Numbered from the stretch's first letter, positions 26,232 to 36,771 are shown. The stretch is 39,205 nucleotides of DNA from Sphingomicrobium sp. (GCA_035717905.1 DASTID010000192.1:1-39205); one strand, 5' to 3'. Program-made: numbers and translations. Notes: generated by a model from the sequence alone, not told the origin.

Positions 26232-27371
26232 TCAGCGGCGCCGGGCGCGCTCGTTCAGAACCTCGCGATAGAGCTGCTCGACCTGGCGCGCGCGCGCCTC
26301 GTCGCTGCACAATTCGAGGACGAGCGCGCGGCCGGCATCGCCGAGGCGCCGCGCCCGCTCGCGGTCGCCGAGCAGGGTCGCGATCGCGGCGGCCAGCGCC
26401 ACCGGCTTGCCGGGGGGCACGAGCAAGCCGCTCTCGCCGTCACGCACCAGCTCGCGGTTGCCGGCGACGTCGGTCGAGACCACCGGGCGCGCCATCGCCA
26501 GGGCTTCGCGCACCGAGCCGGTGAGCCCCTCCCCCCGGGTCGAGGCGCAGACCACGACGTCCATCGCGGCGAAGGCTGCCGGCATATCGCTGACGAAGCC
26601 GGGGAAATGCACCCGCTCGGCGATGCCCAGCTCGCGCGCGAGCGCCTGCGCGCGCTCGGGCGATCCGTCGCCGGCAAGCACGAAATGGGCGTCAGGCGAT
26701 GCTCGCAGCACTTCGGAGGCTGCTTTCAGGAAGTCTTCCTGGCCTTTCTTCCGGCTCTTGAACGACGCGGCCATGCCGACCAGCGGCGCGTCCTCCGGAA
26801 CCGCCCAAACGCGGCGCATCGCGGCTCCGCTCGTCGCCGGATCGAATCGTTCGACGTCGAAGCTTCCGTAGATCGTGCGCAGCTTGCGCTCGGGAATTCC
26901 GTCGCGGATCAGCCGCGCCTTGACCGCGTCGGCGACGGGGATGATGCGATCGACCCAGAAAAGGTGGATCGCCCAGGCGAGCGGATCGCGCAGCAGTGAA
27001 TATTCGGTCCCGCGGTTGGCGGCCCAGCCGAAGCCGCGCCGGCCCAGCGTCGCGCCGGCGAGGAAGAAGAGCGCGCGGTTCTTGTGCGTGTGGACGATGT
27101 CGGGCGCGAATTCGTCGAGCGTCGCGCCAAAGCCGCGCATCGCCGCAAGGCTCTTCAGCGGCCGGCGAAGCAGATCGACGCGGGCCTCGGTCAGCCGCCG
27201 CCACTCGGCGCCGGCCCGATCGGACGTGCCGCGCGCCTCGTCGAACACGCAGGCGACGCGGTGGCCGCGCTCGGCGAGCGCCGCCGCCAGCCGCGCGCAC
27301 TGGATCGCGCCGCCGCGCTCGATCTCCGAATGCGAATCGATCATCAACACTTTGAGCGGCCGCTCGGTCAT
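26232..27371 (-). CDS. Glycosyltransferase family 4
   Basis: PDIVHTH, KGQEDFL, EGLTGSVREA (E-x7-E), PVVSTDVAG. Confidence 0.9.
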   Translation of the reverse strand: MTERPLKVLMIDSHSEIERGGAIQCARLAAALAERGHRVACVFDEARGTSDRAGAEWRRLTEARVDLLRRPLKSLAAMRGFGATLDEFAPDIVHTHKNRALFFLAGATLGRRGFGWAANRGTEYSLLRDPLAWAIHLFWVDRIIPVADAVKARLIRDGIPERKLRTIYGSFDVERFDPATSGAAMRRVWAVPEDAPLVGMAASFKSRKKGQEDFLKAASEVLRASPDAHFVLAGDGSPERAQALARELGIAERVHFPGFVSDMPAAFAAMDVVVCASTRGEGLTGSVREALAMARPVVSTDVAGNRELVRDGESGLLVPPGKPVALAAAIATLLGDRERARRLGDAGRALVLELCSDEARARQVEQLYREVLNERARRR

Positions 27372-28411
27372 GACTTGCACCACGGCTCGGCGACGATCTC
27401 ATCCCAGCGCCGGTCGAGCGTCCGCCACAGGTCCGCATCGTCGGAGAACATCAGCAGCTCCTGGTTGAACCAGCGCGATTGCGGGTTGAGATTGTAGCTG
27501 CCGAACGCGCTCCATTGCCGCCGGGACCGCCCCTCGGCGAGGATGAACTTGGCATGCATCGGCAGCTGCTGCGGGTGGTCGTAGCGATAGACCCGCACGC
27601 CTTCTCCCCGGAGTCGCTCGATCAGCGCGTTGGGGCTCCGGCGCAACGTGTGATGGGTCAGCACCTCGACCCGCGCGCCGAGCCTGGCGAGCCGGGCGAG
27701 CGCCCGTCCGACACGGGCGTCCTTGAAATGCGAGGCGGCGATGCGCAGCCTCGTCCCCGGCCCAAGCGCCCGCAGCCGCGCATCGAGCGGATTGGGCGGC
27801 AGCCGCGGAAAGAAGCAGGCCTCATAGGGACCTGATCGCGCGATTCCGCGGCCCGGCAAGAAGCGTGCGCCGACGCGGCTGCGAAGCGCATGGTTGCGCC
27901 GGGCATGGCGGACCAGCGCCTCGGCCATCCTCGCCTCGCCGAACTCGACTAGCAGATTGTGGCCGCGATCCTGGTCGCCGATCTCAGCGACAATCCGGGC
28001 GTCTTCCGGCTCGTTGCCGGACGGGTTGAACGATCCGACCAGCGCGTGCGGAGTTGGATGGGAGAACCCATAGAGCTTGGTATGGAGGTGCCCCGTGACC
28101 GGAGCGCGCACCGCGCGAAGGCCGGCGCCGATGCCGCCTTCATCGGCCAGAATGGCGAGGACGCGGTCATTCGCCTGCTCCTGCCGCGGCTCCGCTTCCA
28201 TGGTCACGTTGACCGCTACCCCGCGGTGGCGCGCGCGGACCAGCGCCTGGGCGAGCCGTTCGTCGCGGAAATAATAAGTCATCCAGTCGATTGCGCCGCC
28301 GGCCGGGACGGCCTCGACGCGCTCCTCGAGCAGGTCGCGCAGCAGCCGCGGCGGCTGGTCCGGCCCGCCGAAATAGACCCGGGGTCCGGCGAGGCTGGCG
28401 GGCGGGATCAT
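27368..28411 (-). CDS. Phospholipase D superfamily protein with two variant HxK motifs
   Basis: LHTKLYGFS...GSFN and MHAKFILAE...GSYN..NQE; ATGA-coupled to the GT4 gene. Confidence 0.82.
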   Translation of the reverse strand: MIPPASLAGPRVYFGGPDQPPRLLRDLLEERVEAVPAGGAIDWMTYYFRDERLAQALVRARHRGVAVNVTMEAEPRQEQANDRVLAILADEGGIGAGLRAVRAPVTGHLHTKLYGFSHPTPHALVGSFNPSGNEPEDARIVAEIGDQDRGHNLLVEFGEARMAEALVRHARRNHALRSRVGARFLPGRGIARSGPYEACFFPRLPPNPLDARLRALGPGTRLRIAASHFKDARVGRALARLARLGARVEVLTHHTLRRSPNALIERLRGEGVRVYRYDHPQQLPMHAKFILAEGRSRRQWSAFGSYNLNPQSRWFNQELLMFSDDADLWRTLDRRWDEIVAEPWCKS

Positions 28412-28421
28412 CGGCCGCGCC

Positions 28422-29225
28422 TTAGCGAAGCGAGTCGACGACAGCCACCGGGCGCCAGTCGCCGACCCCGTTCCGCGCGCCGAAATCGTCCGGGAACGGC
28501 GTGCCGGCGCTGATCCCGCTGCGGACGAACACGCCGTCGAAACCCATGCGCGCCGCGCCGAGCATGTCGGTCTCGAGCCCGTCGCCGACGGCGAGCACCT
28601 GCTCACGCGGCGGGTTCCCGGCGAGCTTCAGCGCGTGCTCATAGATCGGCCGGTACGGCTTGCCGTACCACGAGACCGCTCCGCCCAGCGCCTCGTACAA
28701 ATCGGCGATCGCGCCGGCGCACGGCACCGGCACGCCGCCCTGGATCACCACCCGGTCTGGGTTGAGGCAATGCAGCCGCACGCCGCGCGCCGACAAGCGC
28801 TCCAGCTCCGCGCGATATTGCGCCACCTCGGGCCGGTGTTCCTCGAGGCCAGTGCAGGCGAGGTCGGTGAAGTCATCCCCGTCGGCGATCCGCACGCCTT
28901 TGCCCTCGAGGACCGCGCGATCGCCGCCCGTCCCAATGAAACCGACCGGCGCGTCGAGCCGATTGAGCGCTTCGATTCCCGCTTCGCCCGCGGTCGCGAT
29001 CGCGTCCCAGCCTTCTTTGGGCAGGCCGAGCCGCGTGACATGCGCGGCGATCGCTTCCGCGGTGCGCGGAGCGTTGGTGATGAGAAGGACGAAGCGGCCG
29101 TCGCCGCGCCACTCGATCAGCCGCTCGGCTGCGCCCGGATAGAGCGCCAGGCCATCGTGCACGACACCCCACAGGTCGCACAGGATCACGCGATAGCGTT
29201 GGGGCAGCGCGTCGAAAAAGCTCAC
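28422..29225 (-). CDS. HAD-IIA hydrolase (TIGR01459-like)
   Basis: CDLWGVVHDG, ITNAPR, NPD, GKP, VGDGLETD; GTGA overlap with the symporter gene. Confidence 0.9.
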   Translation of the reverse strand: MSFFDALPQRYRVILCDLWGVVHDGLALYPGAAERLIEWRGDGRFVLLITNAPRTAEAIAAHVTRLGLPKEGWDAIATAGEAGIEALNRLDAPVGFIGTGGDRAVLEGKGVRIADGDDFTDLACTGLEEHRPEVAQYRAELERLSARGVRLHCLNPDRVVIQGGVPVPCAGAIADLYEALGGAVSWYGKPYRPIYEHALKLAGNPPREQVLAVGDGLETDMLGAARMGFDGVFVRSGISAGTPFPDDFGARNGVGDWRPVAVVDSLR

Positions 29226-30538
29226 GCGGACCGCGGCGCTCCGGTAGCCAGCGACTGCTCGTCCGGTTCCGCGGCCGAGATGACCTGGGCCGCGACGAGA
29301 TCGCCGACGACGTTCAACGTGGTCCGGCACATGTCGAGGAACCGGTCGACGCCGAGCACCAGCGCGATCGCCTCGGGCTGGATTCCGACCATTGCGAGGA
29401 TCAGCGCGACGACGGGCAGCGATCCCGCGGGAACGCCGGCGGTCCCGATGCCGCCGAGAATGCACACCAGCATGACCATGAGCTGCTGACCGAGGCTGAG
29501 GTCGACGCCGAAGAATTGGGCGAGGAAGATGACCGTCACCCCCTCGAACATCGCCGTTCCGTTCTGGTTGGCGGTCGCGCCGACGGTCAGGACGAAGCGC
29601 GCCACGCGATGCGGCAAATGGAGCTTCTCGTCGGCGACCCGCAACGAGGTCGGGAGCGTCGCATTCGACGACGCGGTCGAAAACGCCATCACGCTCGCTT
29701 CCTGGGTCTCGCGGAAGAAAGCGAGCGGGCTCTTGCGGCCAAGCACTGCCAGCAAGGCCGGGAACACGACGAACATCTGGATCCCGAGCGCAAGCAGCAC
29801 GACGCCGACATAAGCCGACAGCCGGATCAGCAAGTCCCATCCGAACAATGCCGCAAGATTGAACATGAAGCAGGCAACGGCGATCGGCGCCAGCCTGATC
29901 ACGATCAGGATCAGGCGCATAGTGACGTCGAACAGGCCCTCGAAACCGCGCTGAAGCGTCCGCGCGCTCGGCGTGTCGGTGATCAGCAGGCCGATCCCGA
30001 AGAACAAGGCAAAGAACATCACCGACAGGATGGCGCTGTTGCTGCCCATCACCTCGATGAGATTGTTGGGCACGATGCTGACGAACGCATCGATGCCCGA
30101 CGGCTGCTCGGCGCCGACCTTGACGATCTCGCTCGCGCGGCCGCTCGAATCGGCGAGCATCTGCGCCGCGACCGCACGATCGACGCCTGCTCCCGGCTGC
30201 AGCAGGTTGACCACGGCCAGGCTGACCGCGACGGCGATCGACGAAACCACGACGGTGTAGGCCAGCGTCCTGAGGCCGACACGCTTCAGCGAGCGGACTT
30301 CGCCCATTTCGGAGATGCCCACCACGAGCGCCGAGAAGAGGAGTGGAAGGACGAGCATGAACAGCAGCCGCAGGAAAACCTGGCCGATCGGCTGCGTCAC
30401 ATAGGTGGTGACGGCGTCGACCCAGGCGGCGTCGCGCTGCGTGGCGTAGACGACGAGCCCAGCGATCAGCCCGACCAGGAAGCCGATCAACATCTGCCAT
30501 TGCAGCTCGAGGCCGCGTTTCTTGGCCGGCTCGGTCAT
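29222..30538 (-). CDS. Dicarboxylate/amino acid:cation symporter (DAACS, GltP-like)
   Basis: AFSTASSNATLP, GATANQNGT, GTAGVP, DRFLDMCRT; GAAGGAG RBS. Confidence 0.94.
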   Translation of the reverse strand: MTEPAKKRGLELQWQMLIGFLVGLIAGLVVYATQRDAAWVDAVTTYVTQPIGQVFLRLLFMLVLPLLFSALVVGISEMGEVRSLKRVGLRTLAYTVVVSSIAVAVSLAVVNLLQPGAGVDRAVAAQMLADSSGRASEIVKVGAEQPSGIDAFVSIVPNNLIEVMGSNSAILSVMFFALFFGIGLLITDTPSARTLQRGFEGLFDVTMRLILIVIRLAPIAVACFMFNLAALFGWDLLIRLSAYVGVVLLALGIQMFVVFPALLAVLGRKSPLAFFRETQEASVMAFSTASSNATLPTSLRVADEKLHLPHRVARFVLTVGATANQNGTAMFEGVTVIFLAQFFGVDLSLGQQLMVMLVCILGGIGTAGVPAGSLPVVALILAMVGIQPEAIALVLGVDRFLDMCRTTLNVVGDLVAAQVISAAEPDEQSLATGAPRSA

Positions 30539-30596
30539 CGTCGCTCCTTCATGCGTCGGCATCGCTTCGCGGGCGACGCGCCGAAGGTCAAGCCGC

Positions 30597-31850
30597 TCAG
30601 CCGAATGGCCGGTCGATGCCTGGCGGCGGCTGGGTGAAGAACCGTGGGCCGGCTTCGGTCATGTGGAAGCAATCCTCGAGGCGCACGCCGAACTTGCCCG
30701 GAACATAGATGCCGGGCTCGTCCGAAAAGCACATGCCGGGCGCCAGCAGCGTCGTCTCGCCGTGCACCAGGTTGACCGGCTCGTGGACCTCCATGCCGAT
30801 CCCGTGGCCAGTGCGGTGCGGGGTGCCGGGAAGCTTGTAGCCGGGGCCATAGCCCCAGCTCTCGTAGGCGCGCCGGACGGCGTCGTCGACGCTGCCCGCC
30901 GGCGCGCCGATCTTCGCCGCGGCGAAGGCGATCTGCTGGCCGCGATGGACCTGATCCCACAGCTTGCGTTGCTCGGCCGTCGGATCGGCCCCGAACACGA
31001 AGGTGCGGGTGATGTCCGCCTGATAGCCGTGGACGGAGCAGGTGCAGTCCATCAGCACGATCTCGCCGCGGCGCACGACCTGCGGCTTGTGGCTGCCGTG
31101 CGGGTAGGCCGACGCCTCGCCGAGCAGGACGAGTCCGCCGTCATAGTCCGCGCCGAGGCGCTTGTGGGCGGCGGCGATCAGCGCGTCGATCTGGGCGGGG
31201 GCCATGCCGTCGCGCGTGCGTTCCCCGGCGTAGCGGAGCGAGGCGGCCATGATGTCCGCGGCCGCCTGCATCAGCGCGAGCTCGGCCGGCGACTTGACCA
31301 TCCGCTGCGCCCGGACAACGGAATTTGCGCTGACCACTCGGGCGGCGGGAAGCTGCTGCTTCAGCCGGTCCATGATCCAGAAGCGGTTGGTTTCCTCGAA
31401 CCCGACGGGAAGACGGGCGACGTTCCGCTCGGCCAGGAAGTCCGCGACCAGCTTGAGCGGCTCCTCGTCCTCGTTCCAGGTGCGGATTTCCGCCGGGATC
31501 GACAGGCTTTCGGCGATCGACGGGCGCTCGAAGAAGGGCGTGACGACGATCGGCTCGCCCTCCGCCGGGATGACGGCGGCGGTCAGGCGCTCGCTGCGCC
31601 ACCACTGGATGCCGGTGTAATAATCGAGGCTCGGACCGGATTCGACGATCACCGCGCCGATGCCGGCCTGCTGCATCAGTGCGCGCGCCTTCGCCAGTCG
31701 CTGCTGTCGCTCGGCCGAGCCGATCGGCGGCGGGATCGCGATCGACGGAAGCTCGGCGGCGGCTTGCGCGAGCAGGCGGCTCGACGGCGCCAAGGCCGCG
31801 GCGGCGATCGTGCCGCCCAGCATTGCGCGTCGGGACAATCTCAGGCTCAT
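30597..31850 (-). CDS. Tat-exported Xaa-Pro peptidase (M24B)
   Basis: SRRAML Tat motif; PH, D..D, HRTGHGIG..HE, EPG, GVRLED. Confidence 0.92.
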   Translation of the reverse strand: MSLRLSRRAMLGGTIAAAALAPSSRLLAQAAAELPSIAIPPPIGSAERQQRLAKARALMQQAGIGAVIVESGPSLDYYTGIQWWRSERLTAAVIPAEGEPIVVTPFFERPSIAESLSIPAEIRTWNEDEEPLKLVADFLAERNVARLPVGFEETNRFWIMDRLKQQLPAARVVSANSVVRAQRMVKSPAELALMQAAADIMAASLRYAGERTRDGMAPAQIDALIAAAHKRLGADYDGGLVLLGEASAYPHGSHKPQVVRRGEIVLMDCTCSVHGYQADITRTFVFGADPTAEQRKLWDQVHRGQQIAFAAAKIGAPAGSVDDAVRRAYESWGYGPGYKLPGTPHRTGHGIGMEVHEPVNLVHGETTLLAPGMCFSDEPGIYVPGKFGVRLEDCFHMTEAGPRFFTQPPPGIDRPFG

Positions 31851-31913
31851 CGGCGGTCCCCCCACCGTCTCCTCTTGCATGTCGCGCGCCGCTGCGCCAG
31901 CAGCCGCGGCTTC

Positions 31914-33200
31914 ATGCCGTTCCAGATCGACCACCACCCGGGCGAACGCCGCCGCGCCGGCCCGCGCGAGATGACCGCGCTGCTCGCCGGGCTGATGGCC
32001 TTGAACGCGTTCGCCATCGACGCGATGGTCCCGGCGCTGCCCGACATCGGGGGCTCGCTCGGCGTCGCTCACGAAAACGATCGCCAGCTGGTGGTCGTCG
32101 CTTATTTCATCGGCTTCGCCTCGACCCAGCTGTTCTGGGGCCCGCTCGCCGACCGCTTCGGGCGCAAGCCGATCCTGGCGATCGGGGTGGCGCTGTACGG
32201 CGTCTTTGCCTTGCTGTGCGCGGTCGCCGGCAGCTTCGCGCTGCTGATCGCCTGGCGCGTGGCGATGGGCGCGTCGGCCGCGGTCACGCGGGTGCTGGTC
32301 GTGGCGATGGTCCGCGACCTGTTCGAGGCCGAGGCGATGGCGCGGGTGATGAGCCTGGTGTTCATGACCTTCATGCTGGTGCCGGTGCTCGCGCCCAATA
32401 TCGGCCAGGCGATCCTGCTGGTCGCGTCGTGGCGCGCGATCTTCCTCGTGCTCGCGGTCTATGCGGTGGCGATGCTGCTGTGGTCGTCGCTGCGGCTGCC
32501 CGAGACGCTGCACCCCGAATTTCGGCGCTCGCTCGAGTGGCGGGCGATGCTGAGCGCGGTCGCCGAGACGATCCGCGAGCCGCAGTCGCGCGGCTACACG
32601 CTGGCGATGACGATCAGCTTTTCGGCGCTGGTCGCCTATATCAGCTCGATCCAGCAGATCGTGTTCGACGCGTTCCACGCGCCCGACCTGATCGGGCTGG
32701 TGTTCGGCGCGATCGCCGCGCCGATGGCGGTCGCGTCCTGGGCCAACAGCCGGATCGTCGGCCGGTTCGGGCTGCGGCGGGTCGGGCACACCGCCGCCGC
32801 CGCGTTCGCGCTGGTCACCGCCGCCCACGCCGCGCTGGCGCTGTCGGGCCACGAGACCCTGATCGCGTTCATCGTCCTTCAGGGGCTGACGATGTGCTGC
32901 TTCGCTTTGACCTCGTCCAACCTCGGCACGCTGGCGATGGAGCATATGGCGTCGATCGCCGGCACGGCCTCCTCGGTCCAGGGCGTGATCGGAACGCTCG
33001 GCGCGGCGGTCATCGGCTTCGCGATCGGCCAGGCGTTCGACGGCACCGCGATCCCCTATCTGGTCGGCACCGCTGCCTGCGCCTCGCTCGGCTTCGTCGC
33101 CATCGTGCTGACCGAGCCCAAACGCCTGTTCGCGCCGATCCGGATCGGCGGCGGCGCGAGCGTCGAGCAGCCCGAGTGCATGCCCGAGGACCTCGCCTGA
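31914..33200 (+). CDS. Bcr/CflA family MFS efflux transporter
   Basis: FAIDAMVPALP, GPLADRFGRKP, AMVRD, WRAIF, LPETL. Confidence 0.92.
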   Translation: MPFQIDHHPGERRRAGPREMTALLAGLMALNAFAIDAMVPALPDIGGSLGVAHENDRQLVVVAYFIGFASTQLFWGPLADRFGRKPILAIGVALYGVFALLCAVAGSFALLIAWRVAMGASAAVTRVLVVAMVRDLFEAEAMARVMSLVFMTFMLVPVLAPNIGQAILLVASWRAIFLVLAVYAVAMLLWSSLRLPETLHPEFRRSLEWRAMLSAVAETIREPQSRGYTLAMTISFSALVAYISSIQQIVFDAFHAPDLIGLVFGAIAAPMAVASWANSRIVGRFGLRRVGHTAAAAFALVTAAHAALALSGHETLIAFIVLQGLTMCCFALTSSNLGTLAMEHMASIAGTASSVQGVIGTLGAAVIGFAIGQAFDGTAIPYLVGTAACASLGFVAIVLTEPKRLFAPIRIGGGASVEQPECMPEDLA

Positions 33201-33269
33201 GCCGGCGCAAGACGTCGAGCCGGGGGCAGCGGGCGAACTCACGCGGAGCCCGCCCGCCGCTGGGGAGTC

Positions 33270-34358
<1,089 letters not shown>

Positions 34359-34456
34359 GTCCCCTGTCTCCCTCGCTAATGCAAGCGGACATTCCGCTTG
34401 CCGCAACGGCGGCCGAGCCCCGCCTGTGACCCCCTCGTATCCGATTTGTTCATAGA

Positions 34457-34471
34457 GAACAATAGGGGAAC
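34457..34471 (-). promoter_or_regulatory. Alphaproteobacterial LexA (SOS) box of recA
   Basis: GAAC-AATAGGG-GAAC, i.e. GTTC-N7-GTTC on the minus strand, about 100 bp upstream of recA. Confidence 0.88.
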
Positions 34472-34786
34472 GATGACTTGTCGGACGATCGCTTAAGTTC
34501 ACTAAAGTCACGCGATGCGGCAGCTTTTTGGGAGTTTCCGTTCATGTTCGGCGCCGGGCCTGGCGGAGCGGACGGCCGGAAGGGATCGCGCCGCGCATTG
34601 CCTGCGCGCGTTCGCTTCGGGAAATGAATCTCGTGCCTGGCCATAGTGCCTCCCGGGGAAATGGAGGCGAAGCAATTATCTCATCGTGGGGGCTGTAGGA
34701 CAGCAAAATTCCCGAGCGCAGGTGAGCGATCGCGCAGCAATCGGGAGGCAGCGCCCTCTCCCGCGGAGCGGATAGGGGCTAGGCCG

Positions 34787-34811
34787 GGTCACGGGAGTAA
34801 ATCCCGTGACC
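34787..34811. repeat. Perfect 10-bp-arm palindrome
   Basis: GGTCACGGGA-GTAAA-TCCCGTGACC. Confidence 0.7.
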
Positions 34812-34875
34812 ACGTCGGACGGGTTCGGCTCGCTTGATGCTCGCCGCCCCGCCGGCCGGGCGTGCGGCTCTACGA

Positions 34876-34912
34876 CAGAAGACGAAAATCGCTGCGCAAT
34901 TTTCGCCTTCTG
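34876..34912 (-). terminator. Long hairpin right after the clpP stop (terminator or stabiliser)
   Basis: 17-bp stem that pairs fully (two G-U) only on the minus strand; no clear U-tract. Confidence 0.55.
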
Positions 34913-34921
34913 CTCGGCGTC

Positions 34922-35578
34922 TTATGCCGGCGTAACATCCCCAGCCCCAGTCCCCGCATCCTCACCCGGCTCCGGCCGCGTGTCGAACACCTCGTCGATG
35001 ATCCCGAACGCCTTGGCTTCGTCGGCTTCGAGGAACTTGTCGCGGTCCATCGATTTTTCGATCTCCTCGAGCGTCTGGCCGGTGTATTTGGCGTAGAGCT
35101 CGTTGAGGCGCTGGCGCATGCGCAGGATCTCGCGCGCCTGGATCTCGATGTCGGCGGCCATGCCCTGGGCGCCGCCCGAGGGCTGGTGGATCATGATCCG
35201 GCTGTTGGTCAGCGCGACGCGCATCCCGGGCTCGCCGGCGGCCAGCAGGAAGCTGCCCATCGACGCCGCCTGGCCGATGCAGACTGTGCTGATCTTGGGC
35301 CGGATGTACTGCATGGTGTCGTGGATCGCGAGGCCGGCCGTCACCACGCCGCCCGGCGAGTTGATGTACATGAAGATGTCCTTCTTCGGATTCTCGGACT
35401 CGAGGAACAGCAGCTGGGCGGTGACGAGGCTCGCCATATGGTCCTCGATCGGCCCGGTGATGAACACGATCCGCTCGCGCAGCAGCCGCGAATAGATGTC
35501 GAAGCTGCGCTCGCCCCGGTTGGATTGCTCGATGACGATGGGGACGAGCTGCGAAACGATGTCGTGGTGGTCGGTCAC
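34922..35578 (-). CDS. clpP: ATP-dependent Clp protease proteolytic subunit
   Basis: [32 protein letters not shown]; GTG start assumed. Confidence 0.96.
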   Translation of the reverse strand: MTDHHDIVSQLVPIVIEQSNRGERSFDIYSRLLRERIVFITGPIEDHMASLVTAQLLFLESENPKKDIFMYINSPGGVVTAGLAIHDTMQYIRPKISTVCIGQAASMGSFLLAAGEPGMRVALTNSRIMIHQPSGGAQGMAADIEIQAREILRMRQRLNELYAKYTGQTLEEIEKSMDRDKFLEADEAKAFGIIDEVFDTRPEPGEDAGTGAGDVTPA

Positions 35579-35611
35579 GGGGATGAGGTCCTTTGTTGTT
35601 GGCGTGGGCCT

Positions 35612-35640
35612 ACATCGGGCGGAACCGCGCAAGGTTCAAG
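35612..35640 (-). promoter_or_regulatory. Putative sigma32 promoter of clpP
   Basis: CTTGAAC-N14-CCCGATGT. Confidence 0.6.
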
Positions 35641-35651
35641 CTGCGCTTCTG

Positions 35652-35761
35652 CTCCTCTCGATTTCGAGGGGAGGTGGCAGTGCGAAGCACTGACGGAGGG
35701 GTCTAAGGCCCCTCCACCGCACTACGTGCGGTCCCCCTCCCCCGGCAATCCGGGGGAGGAT
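35652..35761. repeat. REP-like palindromic element, family E copy 2
   Basis: Inverted homologue of 24699-24826, sharing CTCGATTTCGAGGGGAGGTGGC and GACGGAGGGGT. Confidence 0.85.
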
Positions 35762-36687
35762 AAAGACAGGTAAGCGAGCCGCCTCACCTCGCGCCTTCCG
35801 CGGGTGACGGTGTCGAGGATCAGGCCGGCGAATACGCAGAGCACGGCGACGATCACCAGACCGGTCGCCAGGATCGCGGTCGGGAAGCGCGGGACGAGGC
35901 CGGTCGCGAGGTAGGTGCGGACCAGGGGAATCGCGAGCAGCACCGCGGCGACGATCAGCAGCGCGCCAATGCCGCCGTAGAACAGGACCGGGCGCTCGAC
36001 CCGGTAGAGGCTGGCGATGGTCCTGAGGATCCGCCAGCCGTCGCCGAAGGTCGAGAGCTTCGAGTGCGAGCCTTCGGGCCGCGCGGCATAGGGCGCCTCG
36101 ACCTCGCCGACGGGCATCCTGAGCTCGAGCGCGTGGACGCTCATCTCGGTCTCGATCTCGAACCCCGAGGAGAGCACCGGGAAGCTCTTGACGAAGCGGC
36201 GCGAGAATATCCGGTAGCCCGAGAAAATGTCGCTGAAGCTGCGCCCGAACAGGCCGGCGAGAAGCCCGGTGAACAGCTTGTTCCCGAGGACGTGGCCGCC
36301 GCGATAGGCGTGCTTCTCCTCGTGGCGGCGGGTGGCGACGACCATGTCGAGCCCGTCGGCGAGCAGCAGCTCGACCATCGCCGGGGCGGCGGTCGGATCA
36401 TAGGTCAAATCGCCGTCGGCCATCACATAGACGTCGGCGTCGATGTCGGCGAACATCCGGCGCACGACGTGGCCCTTGCCCTGCTGGCGCTCCGAGCGGA
36501 CCACGGCGCCGGCCTCGGCCGCGGCCTCGCGGGTGCGGTCGCGGCTGTTGTTGTCGTAGACGTAGATCGTCGCACCCGGCAGCGCGGCCTGGAAGCCGCG
36601 CACGGTCGCGCCGATCGCCGCTTCCTCGTTGAAGCACGGCAGGAGCACGGCGATGCGTGGTGTCGATGCGGTCTGCATATCCCCCAT
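35722..36687 (-). CDS. Glycosyltransferase family 2 (polyprenol-phosphate sugar synthase-like, two C-terminal TMs)
   Basis: LPCFNEE, YDNNSRD, QGKG, ADGD, DIFSGYR, GFEIETE. Confidence 0.9.
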   Translation of the reverse strand: MGDMQTASTPRIAVLLPCFNEEAAIGATVRGFQAALPGATIYVYDNNSRDRTREAAAEAGAVVRSERQQGKGHVVRRMFADIDADVYVMADGDLTYDPTAAPAMVELLLADGLDMVVATRRHEEKHAYRGGHVLGNKLFTGLLAGLFGRSFSDIFSGYRIFSRRFVKSFPVLSSGFEIETEMSVHALELRMPVGEVEAPYAARPEGSHSKLSTFGDGWRILRTIASLYRVERPVLFYGGIGALLIVAAVLLAIPLVRTYLATGLVPRFPTAILATGLVIVAVLCVFAGLILDTVTRGRREVRRLAYLSLSSPGLPGEGDRT

Positions 36688-36689
36688 AT

Positions 36690-36770
36690 CGTCGCCCCCG
36701 CGCAGGCGGGGGTCCCGCTTCCTAGCCTAGTTGAGAAGAAAGCGGGATTCCCGCTTTCGCGGGAATGACG
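36690..36770. repeat. REP-like palindromic element, family F (GTCATTCCCGCGAAAGCGGGAATC type)
   Basis: Two inverted halves CCCCCGCGCAGGCGGGGG and ATTCCCGCTTTCGCGGGAAT, with CGTC / GACG ends. Confidence 0.85.
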
Positions 36771-36771
36771 C

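Noticed and set aside
30522-33242. Apparent 892-aa and 881-aa fusion proteins on opposite strands
   Set aside because: Each is a real gene (MFS from 31914, peptidase from 31850) extended through the stop-free antisense frame of the other
34840-34872. Minus-strand GAGCCGCACGCC resembling group II intron domain V
   Set aside because: Lacks the GNRA loop and the AC bulge / CGGUUC 3' strand; no other intron domains or RT
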